In this document: in pieces, positions 41,811 through 54,090 of the stretch
Position numbering within the stretch: position 1 is the first letter of the stretch
Layout: each line of letters begins with the position of its first letter
Source of the DNA: the human T2T-CHM13v2.0 reference genome, Homo sapiens
DNA length: 64,000 bases
Assembly: GCF_009914755.1 (NCBI RefSeq)
Contig: NC_060926.1
Direction: 5' to 3' (one strand)
The notes under the pieces: generated by a model
Told to the model about the DNA's origin: nothing
Database searches by the model: none
Seen by the model: the letters and a program-made list of their open reading frames with translations, nothing else
Made by a program: the position numbers and the translations under genes

Positions 41811-42339
41811 GTCTGTTTCTGGACAGTAAAAACTGACTTTACAACTGATTTGGGATGTGGTTAACCTCATTCAAATGAACACAGGAAACCGAAGCCCTGT
41901 GCTTCCCGGCTCATTCCCTTCAGCTCCGGGTGACGTTCCTCAATCAAAAATATTAGACTTCTCTTTCTGAATAAGTGACAGAAATTTTCCCCAAGCAGCC
42001 AAACAGGGGCCTCTGGCATGGTGCTGTGGTGCCCTCTGGAGGGTTAGTGGAAAAGATGTCTTTCTCAGACAGAACGGGGAACGAACTGGAAAAGCTCTGC
42101 AGAGCCAAGGAGGTATGCGGCCCCAGATCCTGACGTTCCCCTTTCACAGCTCAGGAGACCAACCTGTGCAGGATCCACGACTCTGGCCCCACGTCGGGCC
42201 GGGCATCTCTTTCACGCAGCAGCTACGTGTCACATTTCCTTTTCTCTATTCTGGTCCTGGAGTGAGCAGCACAGGACGCATTCTGTATGCTCCACATCAT
42301 TCTGGGGATCAGATCAGCACCACCGCATCGCCAGCCCCA

Positions 42340-42640
42340 CCAAAGCCGTTAACAGACGTGCAGTTTAGGGAATCTAACACATATCTTTTGATCCTTACAG
42401 TGATCTTATAAATAACTATGTCGAGTATGCCTATATACCTTTCCTGAAGGGAAACTGAAATTCGAGGCCATCATCACCATGTCCAGTGAGAACCAAGGCT
42501 CTTATAAAATTGATCATGTTCTGTGGTCATCACAGGAAGTGTTTTCACTCGGAATCTATCGTCAGACATGTCAGTACCTCTCAAGAGTTCTCATGAACAC
42601 ATTTTTACAATGACCACGTATTAATGTGCAGAATTCCACA
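42340..42640 (+). mobile_element. Degenerate L1 ORF2 endonuclease-domain remnant
   Basis: aaaattgatcatgttctg resembles the KIDHIL motif of L1 endonuclease; reading frame disrupted. Confidence 0.45.
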
Positions 42641-43769
42641 ACAGCTTGCAGCTGTTACCCTGGAAAATCCACTAATTGCATACGTATTTCAATGTGCTGT
42701 CGACATAAAGGTGACGCCCTGTAGGATGGGGGTCATAAACCTGCCAGGACAATGGTGAAGACTTGGGAGGGTAAGAAATGAGAAAGCGCTGTGTGCCCTT
42801 GAAGCAGCCGGGAAACCCGCATCCACCCAGGCTGCACCTCCACTCCCAGGCTCCGCGCTGCTTCCGGTCTGTTGTTCTGCTCAGGACTGTGATTGCAGCG
42901 GGGAAGCCTCTCACTCACCCAAGAGCCCCGTGTGCGGCCTAGGGTTGGTGGGAGACACAAACCCATCCCAGCCCAACCTGAGGTCATCGGTTACAAAGGA
43001 CAGTGGCAGGGAAGTCAAGGCCCCACAAATGTCCACTCAGTACTTTTCAGAACTTACATGCTTCTAATATGTGCCAGGTATGCTTTGAGAGACTCTTGGA
43101 TGGACTTTCTTGTATTGTCAATATATAAGCTGTCTGAAATTTATTATTTGATTTGTCACATCAGTAACTTACAGAGAAGAATTTAAAGAGCAAAAAAGCC
43201 AACATGAGTAACTTTATTTATAAAGGTGTCACAGTTCTTGGCAAGTAAATCCATTCCTAGGTAAACCATGGCTTCTGGCTTCAAATTCACAATTCCTAAG
43301 GTCCCCCTTTTTTTACCTGGATGCTTGAGCAAAAGGATATTCGGTTTGGAGGCTAGAGAAGGAAGCAATGATGCTGCCTGGGTATTTCACAGGCATTTGT
43401 ATAATAAATGAAATGAACTTGGAAAGCATTTAAACACCAGCCACCCATCAGTGTGAACTAAGTAACAGGTGAAATCATAAGGATGGCACAATGTGTTTGT
43501 CGTTGTAACTTGTTTAAACTAACTTCACTGTTGTGAGGTTTTCACGGTTCTTCTCCGAGGGTCACTTGTCAGCTTGGGAGGAGGTGGAACCTCAGCTCTT
43601 CACAGTTCCTGATGATACATAAAGCAAAAAACTGTTTGACTTTCTAAAACCTTTTCAACACAAGCCAAAGCCAAACTACAGACTAGTAACACATATTTCT
43701 GCCCTATATGTGTTACCAATTTTAACACATAAAATTAGAAATAGGTTTTTTAAAGCCCATATTGCAAAA

Positions 43770-44300
43770 CAAAGAAGAATACGAACAGATTATTCACTAA
43801 AAAAATGCAAAACACCAACAATCATTTGAAAAGCGTTAAACCTCACAGGTAACCACAGAAGTACAAGTTAAAACAGTGAGATAAAACTTTCACCTATTAC
43901 TCAGAAAAGTTTCTTTTTTTATGTTGCTACTTAGTGCAGACAAGGATTTCAGGAAATATGTACAACCAATATTGGCATATGCTTTCTGAAAATTGATTTA
44001 GCAACATTTACCAACTGTCACATGAAAGTTATATATGTTGACTAAATTTCACTTGTAAGAATTTATTCCAAGTCAATAGTGGAAATGTAGGCATGTGAGG
44101 TTGGAGATTTCTGTGTTGCTGTTGTCAGTAAAACAATTAGAAAAACTCTGCATCTCTAATATCAGTAACTGGTTACGTAAATTCAGCCTATACCCCTACA
44201 ATGTGTTTACTATGCAGGCATTGAAAATAATGTTATATAGTGAAATAGCATCATGATAATAGGGACTACATTACTTTATAGAAGATAGACTTACAGAAAA
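43770..44300 (+). mobile_element. L1ME-type fragment
   Basis: caagttaaaacagtgagataaaactttcaccta...ctttctgaaaattgatttagcaacat...aatttcacttgtaagaatttattc. Confidence 0.65.
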
Positions 44301-44448
44301 AAGGGGCAGCAAATTGACACTTAACAATTTTCTCCTGTTCCAAAGATATCCAATGTTATATAAGAAATAACCAAACATGGGTAAGGCAGAGGAAAGACCA
44401 GCACATGGAGGGCCAAGCTGTGAGTGAGTTGGGCTTAGGGATCCATAA

Positions 44449-45530
44449 ACCCAGAGATGCAGACGCCCAGCTCAGATGGAGCATCACTCCCACATACAAC
44501 AGAACCCAGAGATGCAGATGCCCCACTCACTCCGATAGAGAATCAACCCCATATACAACAGGATCCAGAGATGCAGACACCCCACTCACTCAGATAGAGA
44601 ATCAACCCCACATAAAATAGAACCCAGAGATGCAGATGCACCACTCACTCAGATAGAGAATCAACCCCACATAAACTAGAACCCAGAGATGCAGATGCCC
44701 CATTCACTCAGATAATCAACCCCACATACAACAGGACCCAGAGATGCAGATGCTCCACTCACTCAGATAGAGAATCAACTCCACATACAACAGGACCCAG
44801 AGATGCAAACACCCCACTCACTCAGACAGAGAATCAACCCCACATAAACTAGAACCCAGAGATGCAGATGCCCCACTCACTCAGAGAATCAACCCCACAT
44901 AAAATAGAACCCAGAGATGCAGATGCACCACTCACTCAGAGCAACAACCCCACATACAACAGAACCCAGAGATGCAGATGCCCCACTCACTCAGAGCAAC
45001 AACCCCACATACAACAGAACCCAGAGATGCAGATGCCCCACTCACTCAGATAGAGAATCAACCCTACATACAACAGGACCCAGAGATGCAGATGCCCCAC
45101 TCACTCAGATGGAGCATCAACCCCACACACAACAGGACCCAGAGATGCAGATGCCCCACTCACTCAGATGCAGCATCAACCCCACACACAACAGGACACA
45201 GAGATGCAGATGCCCCACTCACTCAGATGGAGCATCAACCCCACACACAACAGGACTCATGGAGGCAGTCACCCAGCTCACTCAGATGGAGTGTTAACCC
45301 CACGCACACAAAACCCAGAGATGCGGATGCCCAGCTCACTCGGATGGAGTATTAACCCCATGTACAACAGAACCCCGAGATGCAGATGCTCAGCTCACTG
45401 AGATGGAGCATCAACCCTACACACAACAGGACCCATGGAGGCAGATGCCCAGCTCACTCAGATGGAGCATCAACCCCATGCACAACAGGGCCCATGGAGG
45501 CTGACATCCAGCTCGCTCAGATGGAGCAGG
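44449..45530. repeat. 55-59-bp minisatellite, about 19 copies, in the putative long TMEM18 3' UTR
   Basis: Unit ACCCAGAGATGCAGATGCCCCACTCACTCAGATAGAGAATCAACCCCACATACAACAGA with 4-bp deletion variants. Confidence 0.95.
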
Positions 45531-47283
45531 AGCTGCTGAAGGGTGTTTTGGCCCAGGACTGGAGCAGAAGGCAGTAGCCCTGAGGCTTACAGAGCAGACC
45601 CTATGGCCACATGCTTGGACTTAGGCCTCTGCTTGGCTGCCTGAAGGCTGCAGGGAGCTCCTTCTCTGTCCTCAGGTTCCTTTCAGGGCCTGTGCCAGTC
45701 AGTGCCTCCCCTGGCATAGGTCTTGTGCAATTTCTAATGACAGCATGATTCGGAGACTATAATAGCTACACCTTCCCCCAAAGCGAGGAAAGATCTAACT
45801 GTACAGGCCGCTGTGAAACTGGAACATCGGAGGAAGAGGAGCTAGAAAGCTTACCAGGCCGATGAGGATGCTTGCTGTCAACTGTTCCAGCCCCACTCGG
45901 AACAAGCTGCCACCAACGCATGGCACCCACAGCCTGCGTGGGCCTCGCCGCCCCATCCTGCCTTCCCTGTGCAGCAACCAGGGCTTGGAGACATCTTCGC
46001 ACCATCCTGGGACTGGGCAGCGCCACCCCCTGGGTGCTCTTCTCTGCCCTGGCTCGCTCCCTTCCTGCCTCCGAGAACTCTGCATGTGGAGCCCAGCCCC
46101 GTCCTCCCCAGGACCGACTTGCTGGTGTAGTCGACCAGCAAGAGGGGCTTCAGTAAAGAGGGGAAGGCTGCACTGAAAACATGTTCTGGTTAACTTGGTG
46201 AAAGAAGAAGGGTGCTCCACTGAAATCCAGACAAGGAAGCCTGAAGTTCTTTTCCAGGGAAAAGATGCTTGGGCCTGACCGGTATATCTCTGACGGCAAT
46301 TCTCGTCTGTCTTTAAGCATCCCACTCAACTTCGCGCCACTGAAGCTCCTTACCCTGAATTCCACCCCCAGCCCTTTTTTTTTTTTTTTTAACATTTATT
46401 ATTTTGTAAAGGGCAAGAACATGTTAACATTTCCTTGCCACTTTACTTCTCACAGAAGCTAGCCATTCAGGTTGCATATTGCTTTCTGATTTGATATACA
46501 TTATCTGTGCAAGTAGACTTTCTTCTACTGGCAATGACACAATTGCATTTGTTTGTTAAAACTCAGCACCAGATGCTGCAGCAAAGGGACCTGCCAGCCA
46601 AAGGTGGAGCTAAGTTCCAGGTGCTCCTGTTTCCAGTTACAGTAAGGTGCAAAACAAATACCATTTTTTTGAAAAAAACAAAAAAAAATACTACATATTA
46701 TTAAAGATGTATTTTATTGCATAGCAATCGATAAACGTAAGGTGTCACAGGTTTGGAATGTGAAAAATAATTTTGATCCCAAACCTCCTTTCCTGTACTT
46801 TATCAGTAGAGTAAAAACATTTGTTCTACTTAAACAGATGAAGCTCTCCAGTGAGTCATCCACATTTATGGAGCCTGAAACCAGTGTGCTCTGTGCAACC
46901 CCCAGTGCTTTAAAGTGGGATTGCACCTGTGCTTTCGTAAATTACTCAACTGCTGATCATTTTGGCTTCTATGACTTTCCCTAAAATGAGGACAACATAT
47001 CAAGACAATTGTTAACAATGCACTTTAAGGCATTGAATATAAACTTACTACACAGTTAAAAATAAAGTGAAGGTTGTTTTTACAAAACCAAAATATAACT
47101 GTTCCAAAACACAGACACACACATGCAGAATGAAAATCAAAGACCACACGTCATGGTTTCACACTGACATGTCATCAGCATCAAATTCATGCAAAGCTAG
47201 CAATACTGTTACACTACTTTATCACAGGCAAACTGAGATTCAATCACACGGCCCCATATTAAGTCCAAATAACATATAGATGT

Positions 47284-47644
47284 TTAATTAGTCTGTTCTC
47301 ACACTGCTATAAAGATACTACCTGAGACCTGGATTACTTTATAAACAAGAAGTTTAATTGACTCAGTTCCACATGGCCGGGGAGGCCTCGGGAAACTTAC
47401 AATCATGGCAGAGGGAGAAACAAGCACCTTCTTCACAAGGCAGCAGGAGAGAGACAGTGACAGCAGGGGAAACTGCTGTCTTTAAAACCAGCAGATCTTG
47501 TGAGAACTCCCTCTCTATTATGATAACAACATAGGGGAAACCACCCCCATGATCCCATCACCTCCCATCAGGTCCCTCCCTTGACACATGGGGATTACAA
47601 TTTGAGATGCAATTTGGGTGGGGACACAAAGCCAAACCATATCA
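47284..47644 (-). mobile_element. THE1 (C/D-like) MaLR solo LTR, sense to TMEM18, within the 3' UTR region
   Basis: Reverse complement starts TGATATGGTTTGGCTTTGTGTCCCCACCCAAAT and ends GAGAACAGACTAAT; flanks gatgt/gatgg are a near-TSD. Confidence 0.92.
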
Positions 47645-48940
47645 GATGGTGAAAATGTTATACTAAAAATGCACAGTCTCTACAAACTCCCTGGTTTCTT
47701 TTCTGTCAGTGAAGTCAAATATCTACACAACGGCCCTGGACAATGCTACAGGGAGGACACATTACCTTAATCATCTTTCTGTCCCACTTCTCAGCCACAA
47801 AGGCCCGAGAGGGGCATGAACTTGGCTGGTGAGCTCTGCACCTCAACATTCTCTTCCCAGGCTTGTCTAATCAAAGATAACTGTTCCAATTACATTTTGA
47901 ATTGGTAACTTTCAGAAATGCACAATTAGGCATGCTATCCAGATACAATGCACAATCAGTATTCCCTTATTGAACACCTATTTTTAAATATCTGGGTCTC
48001 TAACCACCTGTCATTCTTAAACTACAGGTCCACATTTGACAGGAACCAAGAGCCACTGGGCAGGAGCTATTTTATAAAGTGGATATTGCAAAGTAACAGT
48101 ATGCCTGTCCTAACAGAACTGGGAGCATTGTGTTCCCAAGCACCTAAATCAACAGAACACCAGGACATTAGGAAAGACACGCTTCTCCATGGAGTGTTGA
48201 CTTCAGGGCTTCCATTCTGTTTTCAGTAAAGCAGCCCATAACTTTGCTAGAGAGGGCCTAGCCTCTTGTGAATTGGTTCATCAAACTGAGATACAACGTA
48301 TTTTCCAAGAGCTTCCTTCCAAGGTCTCTCTGCCCCAGCACAGCTGACATTTCATGTCAAGTCATTGTCTGTGATGCGGCTGACCCAGGCACACAGGATT
48401 TTATGCATCACCCCGGGCTCCACAGGAGAAGCCAGGAGCACCACCCCCTCCAGTGACAACCAGGTGTCTCCAAACTTTGCCCCATGTCTTGGAAGGTGAA
48501 AACACCCTCTACTGCGAACTGTGGCATGCACTAGAAAACACAGCACGAGGAGGAGGGCATGGTGCCCATGTACAGGTGGCACTGTTTATTATTGAGTTTC
48601 ATATTTTATATTGTGTATTTTATATTTATAATTAGTACTAGTTACACATATGACATGGACTTCTTCAAATCAAATTCCCAGTTATGAAGCTCTGCAGAGA
48701 CCGTTCCCACAGCCTGACTACAAAGATCAGGCACCTGAAGACGCATGTCCTGATGGATACATTCAGTGCTGGCTGAAAAGCCAACTTCAGTGTGTGCCCT
48801 ACCACTGTGGATATTTAAATAAAACAACGGTTTTTCAAACCATGAGTCAGCTGGAAGGATGCCCACGCCACGCACACTGCAGCACTGGGAGCTGCACTGG
48901 GTGGACGGGAAGGACGCAAACTCCAAGCAGCTGCTGCCCC

Positions 48941-49036
<96 letters not shown>

Positions 49037-49117
49037 CTAAACACAATTGTTTGAGACATGTTTAGATTTGAAAAACATACACATGAAGAAAGACAACTGA
49101 AAGTGTCATCTACGTAC

Positions 49118-49211
49118 CACAATGATCATGGCATTCACCAGCAGTGGGGCTGAAAATACTATAGAAATGAACATCCCCCTGGAGTCGAAATACTGGTATT
49201 TCGAAAATAAT
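49118..49211 (-). CDS. TMEM18: TMEM18 coding exon 4 (94 nt, [31 protein letters not shown])
   Basis: Acceptor ttttaaacag|A and donor GTG|GTACGT; contains the YQYFDSRG motif typical of TMEM18. Confidence 0.97.
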
Positions 49212-49853
49212 CTGTTTAAAAAACAAAAACAAAAAATTACTAGGCAATACAACCAAAAAGTTCTAGTGACACCGTCTATTTAGATAAGACTTTGGAGAGA
49301 GCTGATGTGGACTGAGGTGGGAGCAACACCCTCACTGGGCCCACCCTTGGGAGCAGCGGTAATCTCCACTGTACTGTCCCAAATGCAATGAATGCTCATT
49401 ATGAAGAAAACACACTGGGTCACAGGACAGGGAGACACCACCCAGCAGCACAGGAAAGACCCCGAGGCCTCCCCCAGCAGAGAGACGTCACCCTGCAAGC
49501 CCTCTGGGTCATCAGCAGCACATCTGACCTTAGCTGGAAGACACTGATGACTTGAAATCCTTAAAACCTACAGAGTAACAACGTCAATAATCCCCTCCCC
49601 GTAAATGACAAAGGGACAGCAGCTGCGTCTGCTCCACAGCTGCACTGGGAAGGAGTGGTGCCGGGCCCTTCCATCCCTTTGGTTCTCATAGCAGGTCCTC
49701 TTGCTGTCAGTGCCAGTGCCTCTTTAGCAGAAGAGACTGAGGAAGGCGGAAGATCTCCACCTGCACAAAGGTACAGCGCCAGGGAGGGCAGAGGATCTGC
49801 ACGTGGGTGTTGATGATTCTCTCAGCAGCCAGCACAGGAAATGCCATCAACAA

Positions 49854-49987
49854 AGCTAGTAATGGTGGGCAGTGGGTCAGCGCCTTGTGAGCATGGGGCT
49901 CCTGCCTTGCTGGCGCTCACAGCTAGTAATGGTGGGCAGTGGGTCAACACCTCATGAGCATGGGGCTCCCGCCTTGCTGGCGCTTAC
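49854..49987. repeat. Two-copy tandem duplication, period 67 bp (intron 3)
   Basis: agctagtaatggtgggcagtgggtca at 49854 and 49921. Confidence 0.9.
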
Positions 49988-50714
49988 ACTCTATACCATG
50001 GGAGGCCCAGAAGTAAGAGGCAGCCAGTCCAAGCATGTGGCGAGTGCTGCTACAGAGAAATGTGAAGCCTGTCGGGGGTGAGGGGGCCTCGTGGAGTCGT
50101 AGGCACAGCCATGAACGGCTGGGACAGAGCTGGCAGGAGGCCGCAGGGCATCACTGCAGGACTCCGCGTTTACTCTGGGGGAGCTGGGGACACTCTGGAA
50201 CGTTCTGAGGGGCAGTGCTTGGCTCTGAGGCCCACGCTTCCCCAGGATGCCCAAGAGGCTGGGCAGTCGGGGGACGGCTTAGGGACCGCTGCATGTCAGC
50301 AGCGGGTCGGCGAGGGTGGGGTGAAGGGCATGGAACACACTGGGCTCGTGGCTGATCTTAAAGGTGGAGGGACGGAGCTTCCTGAACAATGCCCTGTTAC
50401 GTCTCTGGTCTAAGAAGCTGGAGGGAGAAGCCGCCCCTACGAAGAGGGGGGAGCAGAGCAGTGGGACTGAAGTGTGAATTTTGAGATGTTTGTTAGACGT
50501 CCTGGTGCCCAGTCCAACAGGTGGGACAGGCAAGAAACCCAGCGCTTTTGAAACCAGGAGATCTCGGAGAAGCATGAAGACAGGAGGCTGCGGCCAGAGG
50601 GAAGGGAGGGGCCAGAAAGGTGCTGCACCCTGGAGCTGGGTGTGGGAGGGCTTCGGGGAGGATGACCCTGTGCCAGCCTCTGGACAAGGTCAGGGTCACC
50701 AGGGACTGAACACC

Positions 50715-51350
50715 CCTCCTGGGACTGAACCATGTGAAGGCCCTGCATCCGGGAGGAGAGGCAGGGTCCTCCTGGGACTGAACCATGTGAAGGCCCTGCA
50801 TCCGGGAGGAGAGGCAGGGTCCTCCTGGGACTGAACCATGTGAAGGCCCTGCATCCGGGAGGAGAGGCAGGGTCCTCCTGGGACTGAACCATGTGAAGGC
50901 CCTGCATCCGGGAGGAGAGGCAGGGTCCTCCTGGGACTGAACCATGTGAAGGCCCTGCATCCGGGAGGAGAGGCAGGGTCCTCCTGGGACTGAACCATGT
51001 GAAGGCCCTGCATCCGGGAGGAGAGGCAGGGTCCTCCTGGGACTGAACCATGTGAAGGCCCTGCATCCGGGAGGAGAGGCAGGGTCCTCCTGGGACTGAA
51101 CCATGTGAAGGCCCTGCATCCGGGAGGAGAGGCAGGGTCCTCCTGGGACTGAACCATGTGAAGGCCCTGCATCCGGGAGGAGAGGCAGGGTCCTCCTGGG
51201 ACTGAACCATGTGAAGGCCCTGCATCCGGGAGGAGAGGCAGGGTCCTCCTGGGACTGAACCATGTGAAGGCCCTGCATCCGGGAGGAGAGGCAGGGTCCT
51301 CCTGGGACTGAACCATGTGAAGGCGCTGCATCCGGGAGGAGAGGCAGGGT
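50715..51350. repeat. 53-bp minisatellite, 12 near-identical copies, TMEM18 intron 3
   Basis: CCTCCTGGGACTGAACCATGTGAAGGCCCTGCATCCGGGAGGAGAGGCAGGGT x12; the only variant I see is C>G in the last copy. Confidence 0.98.
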
Positions 51351-52274
51351 CCCCAGTGAGCCGCTTATGGCTAAAGAGAGGGCAGGGAGGAGGGAGGGCA
51401 GAGACGGTGCTGCAGGGACGCTGTCGTGGAGGGAAAGGCTGAGCAGGGAGGAGCAAGGCAGGAGGAGGCCGAGTCAGGGGAGGGTTCGGGAAACCAGGCG
51501 GGGTCTAAGCAAAGGATTTCAGGGAGTGCTCAACAACCCCTTTCGGTGAGGGCCCAAGATCAGTGTTCAGGGCTTATGGGCCACAAGGCCACAGTCTCAG
51601 CTCCTTCCTGCTCAGGGTCTGGCAGTTTTACTTTTTTTCTGTTTTATATTTTAAAACGTAAAAGCCATTTTTAGCTCACAGGCCACTCAAAAACAGTCCG
51701 TGGGTCTCACTTGACAGAGGCTGTGTGGTTCAACCTGGGCAGGTGCTGGGTTCCGAGTCCCCTGGGATGAAGCCAGGGGTAGAGGAGGGGGCAGAGGACG
51801 CAGGGCCAGGGCTGCCAGCGGTGCCCCCCGACATCAGGATGTGGGGCTGGGGATGAGGCAGGCAGGTGCCCCAGACCACCCAGAAGCCCCCTACTCAGGT
51901 CCAGACTCCCCATGGAGCAGCCACCCTGCAGTCCAAGGGGGAGGGCATGGCTGAGGCCAGCGTGGACCACGTTCTCTAAAATGCTGCTGTTTCTATTCTG
52001 CAGCTCAAATTCCCATGGCCACTTCTCTGGCTCTGCCATCAGAGGCCTCAGCCAGCACTGTCCCACAGTGCCACGCTCAGAAAGGGCCACTGTGGCGCTG
52101 GTAAAGCATTTACGGAGTCACCCTGGAGCCCACCAACCCTGGATGCACGGGCACGGGCTGTGCACAGCTGCCACGTTAGGATTCACTGTCTCCTCCGCGA
52201 GTCCCACCGGCTGTGGGGCCATTCCCAGGGACACCCCTGCAGGGACCTGGTCACAGGCCCGGGGGTGGGCTCAC

Positions 52275-52329
52275 CTCCAGTTCATCGCAGCCGCCTCATT
52301 GATGTATTCAGCACAGTAGACTAAGATGA
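52275..52329 (-). CDS. TMEM18: TMEM18 coding exon 3 (55 nt, (V)ILVYCAEYINEAAAMNW(R))
   Basis: Acceptor ccttttttcag|TC and donor GAG|GTGAGC; phases 1 and 2 match the neighbouring exons. Confidence 0.97.
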
Positions 52330-53154
52330 CTGAAAAAAGGTACAAGTCATATTAGAATTTAGATGGCCCGTTATTACTCGTTATAAAGTTATACATTCTT
52401 TACAGCAGAATACTGAATAGAAATGTCACTTTAATTTTAAACATAACATCAGGTAAACATCCTAACATTGTCAAGTCGTAGGACTCACCCATTTAGCAGA
52501 AAGAAAATCAAGGCCAACAGTGCTTCAGTTCTCCAATGCTCTATGGTCTCACTCAGAGCCCGTGCTCAGGTCAGCACCTGCAGAGCTACTGCAGGAGCCG
52601 CCCGAGGCCCCAGGCTTCACCCAGGCATGGCTGGACCTCACACATTTCCCCAGGGACAGCAGCCACAGTTCAGCCCCACAGAACACGGCAGCAGGAGCTG
52701 AGAGCCACGAGACCCAGAGCTGACAACCAAGGGCTTTTCACGCTCACACTTCCCGGGCTGACCTTGGGACACTGCCACTGAGATGACCATAGGAGGGGAG
52801 CGAACAGCTTTGGGGTGCTGGAGGCAAAGGCACGGGAGGGAGGGCAGCAGCTGGTGGGGGCAGGGCAAGGCCTCCATGCTCCCAGGAGCACACAGACTTT
52901 AGGGACTGGCCCAGGGTCTTCAGCTAATTCGTGGGTAATGCTGGTACTCAAACCCATGAGACAGTGACCCATGGTACCATAAAATCAAATAAAATATGAT
53001 TCGGCAAATTAAGAAAAATGTGATGCTTTAACTTCCAAGGTAAATCAAACTAAAAATCCTTTCATTCTTCTTGATACACATCAGAAAGCAGATTAAACTA
53101 GGGGCTACGGTGAGCAGTCCCTCCACTTCCTCCCTTCAGGAATGGACTCAATAA

Positions 53155-53420
53155 AGCAGAGGAAAAGAATGCACAGGGAAAGAACCAGAGGGGAGGGGAG
53201 GGAGGAGGAGGAGGAGGAGGGGGAGGATGGGGGGGAAGGAGAGGAAGGAGGGGAAGGAGGAGGGCCAGGAGAAGCAGGACAGCCAGGCAGGTGAGAAGGG
53301 TAGGCTAACACAGGAGGTGGTGGGCATGGGTGCGGGGAGGAAGGTGTGGAGGGCTGACGTTACAGGGGGAAGGTGGGGAGGGTGGTAGGCACGGGAGGAA
53401 GGCGGGCAGGGAGGGTGTCA
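53155..53420. repeat. GA-rich low complexity including (GGA)n
   Basis: ggaggaggaggaggaggagg and polypurine flanks. Confidence 0.8.
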
Positions 53421-53449
53421 CCAGGTGCTCCTCCTCAGCTATTCCTGAA

Positions 53450-54090
53450 ATGCACCCTGGAGCAGAGTCTGAATCTTGAATCTTGATGGTGCTGGTTATA
53501 AGCTGTATAGCTGAGGGAGTCAGAGAACCTCTGCATGTTTCATTTATAAAAATGGGCAAATAAAATCCAACTCTTGGCTGGTTTGAGAAATGAATCACAG
53601 GAAATGTAATGGCAGGCAGCACAGTGTCTAGTATTACCCCGGTGTGAAAGCAGTCATCCTTCCCCTTATCCTAGAAAACATCAAACCCTTTGTGCAGTTC
53701 TCCAGCTGACAAAGCTATTCAGATCCAGGAGCTCAGCTGGTGAAGCCATCACCTTTCTTTGAGGTGCCTGCCTCAGGGCCTCTGCGTGGGGCACTTGCTC
53801 CTGCCCTCTGCCAGCATCTCACTGCCTGGCTCCTGCCTATGCACCTTTTGCCCCTGGGTTCCCAGGGGACTGTGTGATTTAAATCAGGCCGCTCCTCCTG
53901 TTTCACTGTGTTTTTGGCTTTTCCATTGCAACACTTGTCACTGTTGATAACACAGGTCTGTGATGAATCACTGGTGCTGGTGTCCCCCAGGAAGCTGTGG
54001 GAGGCAAAGGAGCCCTGTCTGCCTGGTCCACTCCAGCACTCCTCAGGGCACCCTCAATACAGAGCTTGCTCTGAGCGCCTCACTTGCATA
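53450..54090 (+). mobile_element. MIR fragment (about 53450-53635) and L2 fragment (about 53720-54090)
   Basis: ctctgcatgtttcatttataaaaatgggca (MIR); cctgcctcagggcctctgc...cttgctc (L2). Confidence 0.5.

Larger units (their letters stand above)
43195..48940 (-). other. TMEM18: TMEM18 3' UTR region with alternative poly(A) signals; extent of the longest form inferred
   Basis: Minus-strand AATAAA at 48590-48585, 46718-46713, 46400-46395 and 43218-43213; ATTAAA at 47358-47353. Which sites are used cannot be read from DNA. Confidence 0.55.

Noticed and set aside
42340-42640. Exon-like sequence after ccttacag
   Set aside because: Frames contain stops; better explained as a decayed L1 endonuclease region.
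46375-46400. AATAAA plus A16 as a processed-pseudogene tail
   Set aside because: The upstream sequence is contiguous with intron-containing TMEM18; no TSD or retrocopied ORF is seen.
50437-51456. 339-, 261- and 211-aa minus-strand ORFs
   Set aside because: Artefacts of the stop-free 53-bp VNTR cycling through three frames; intronic and unlike any protein I recognise.
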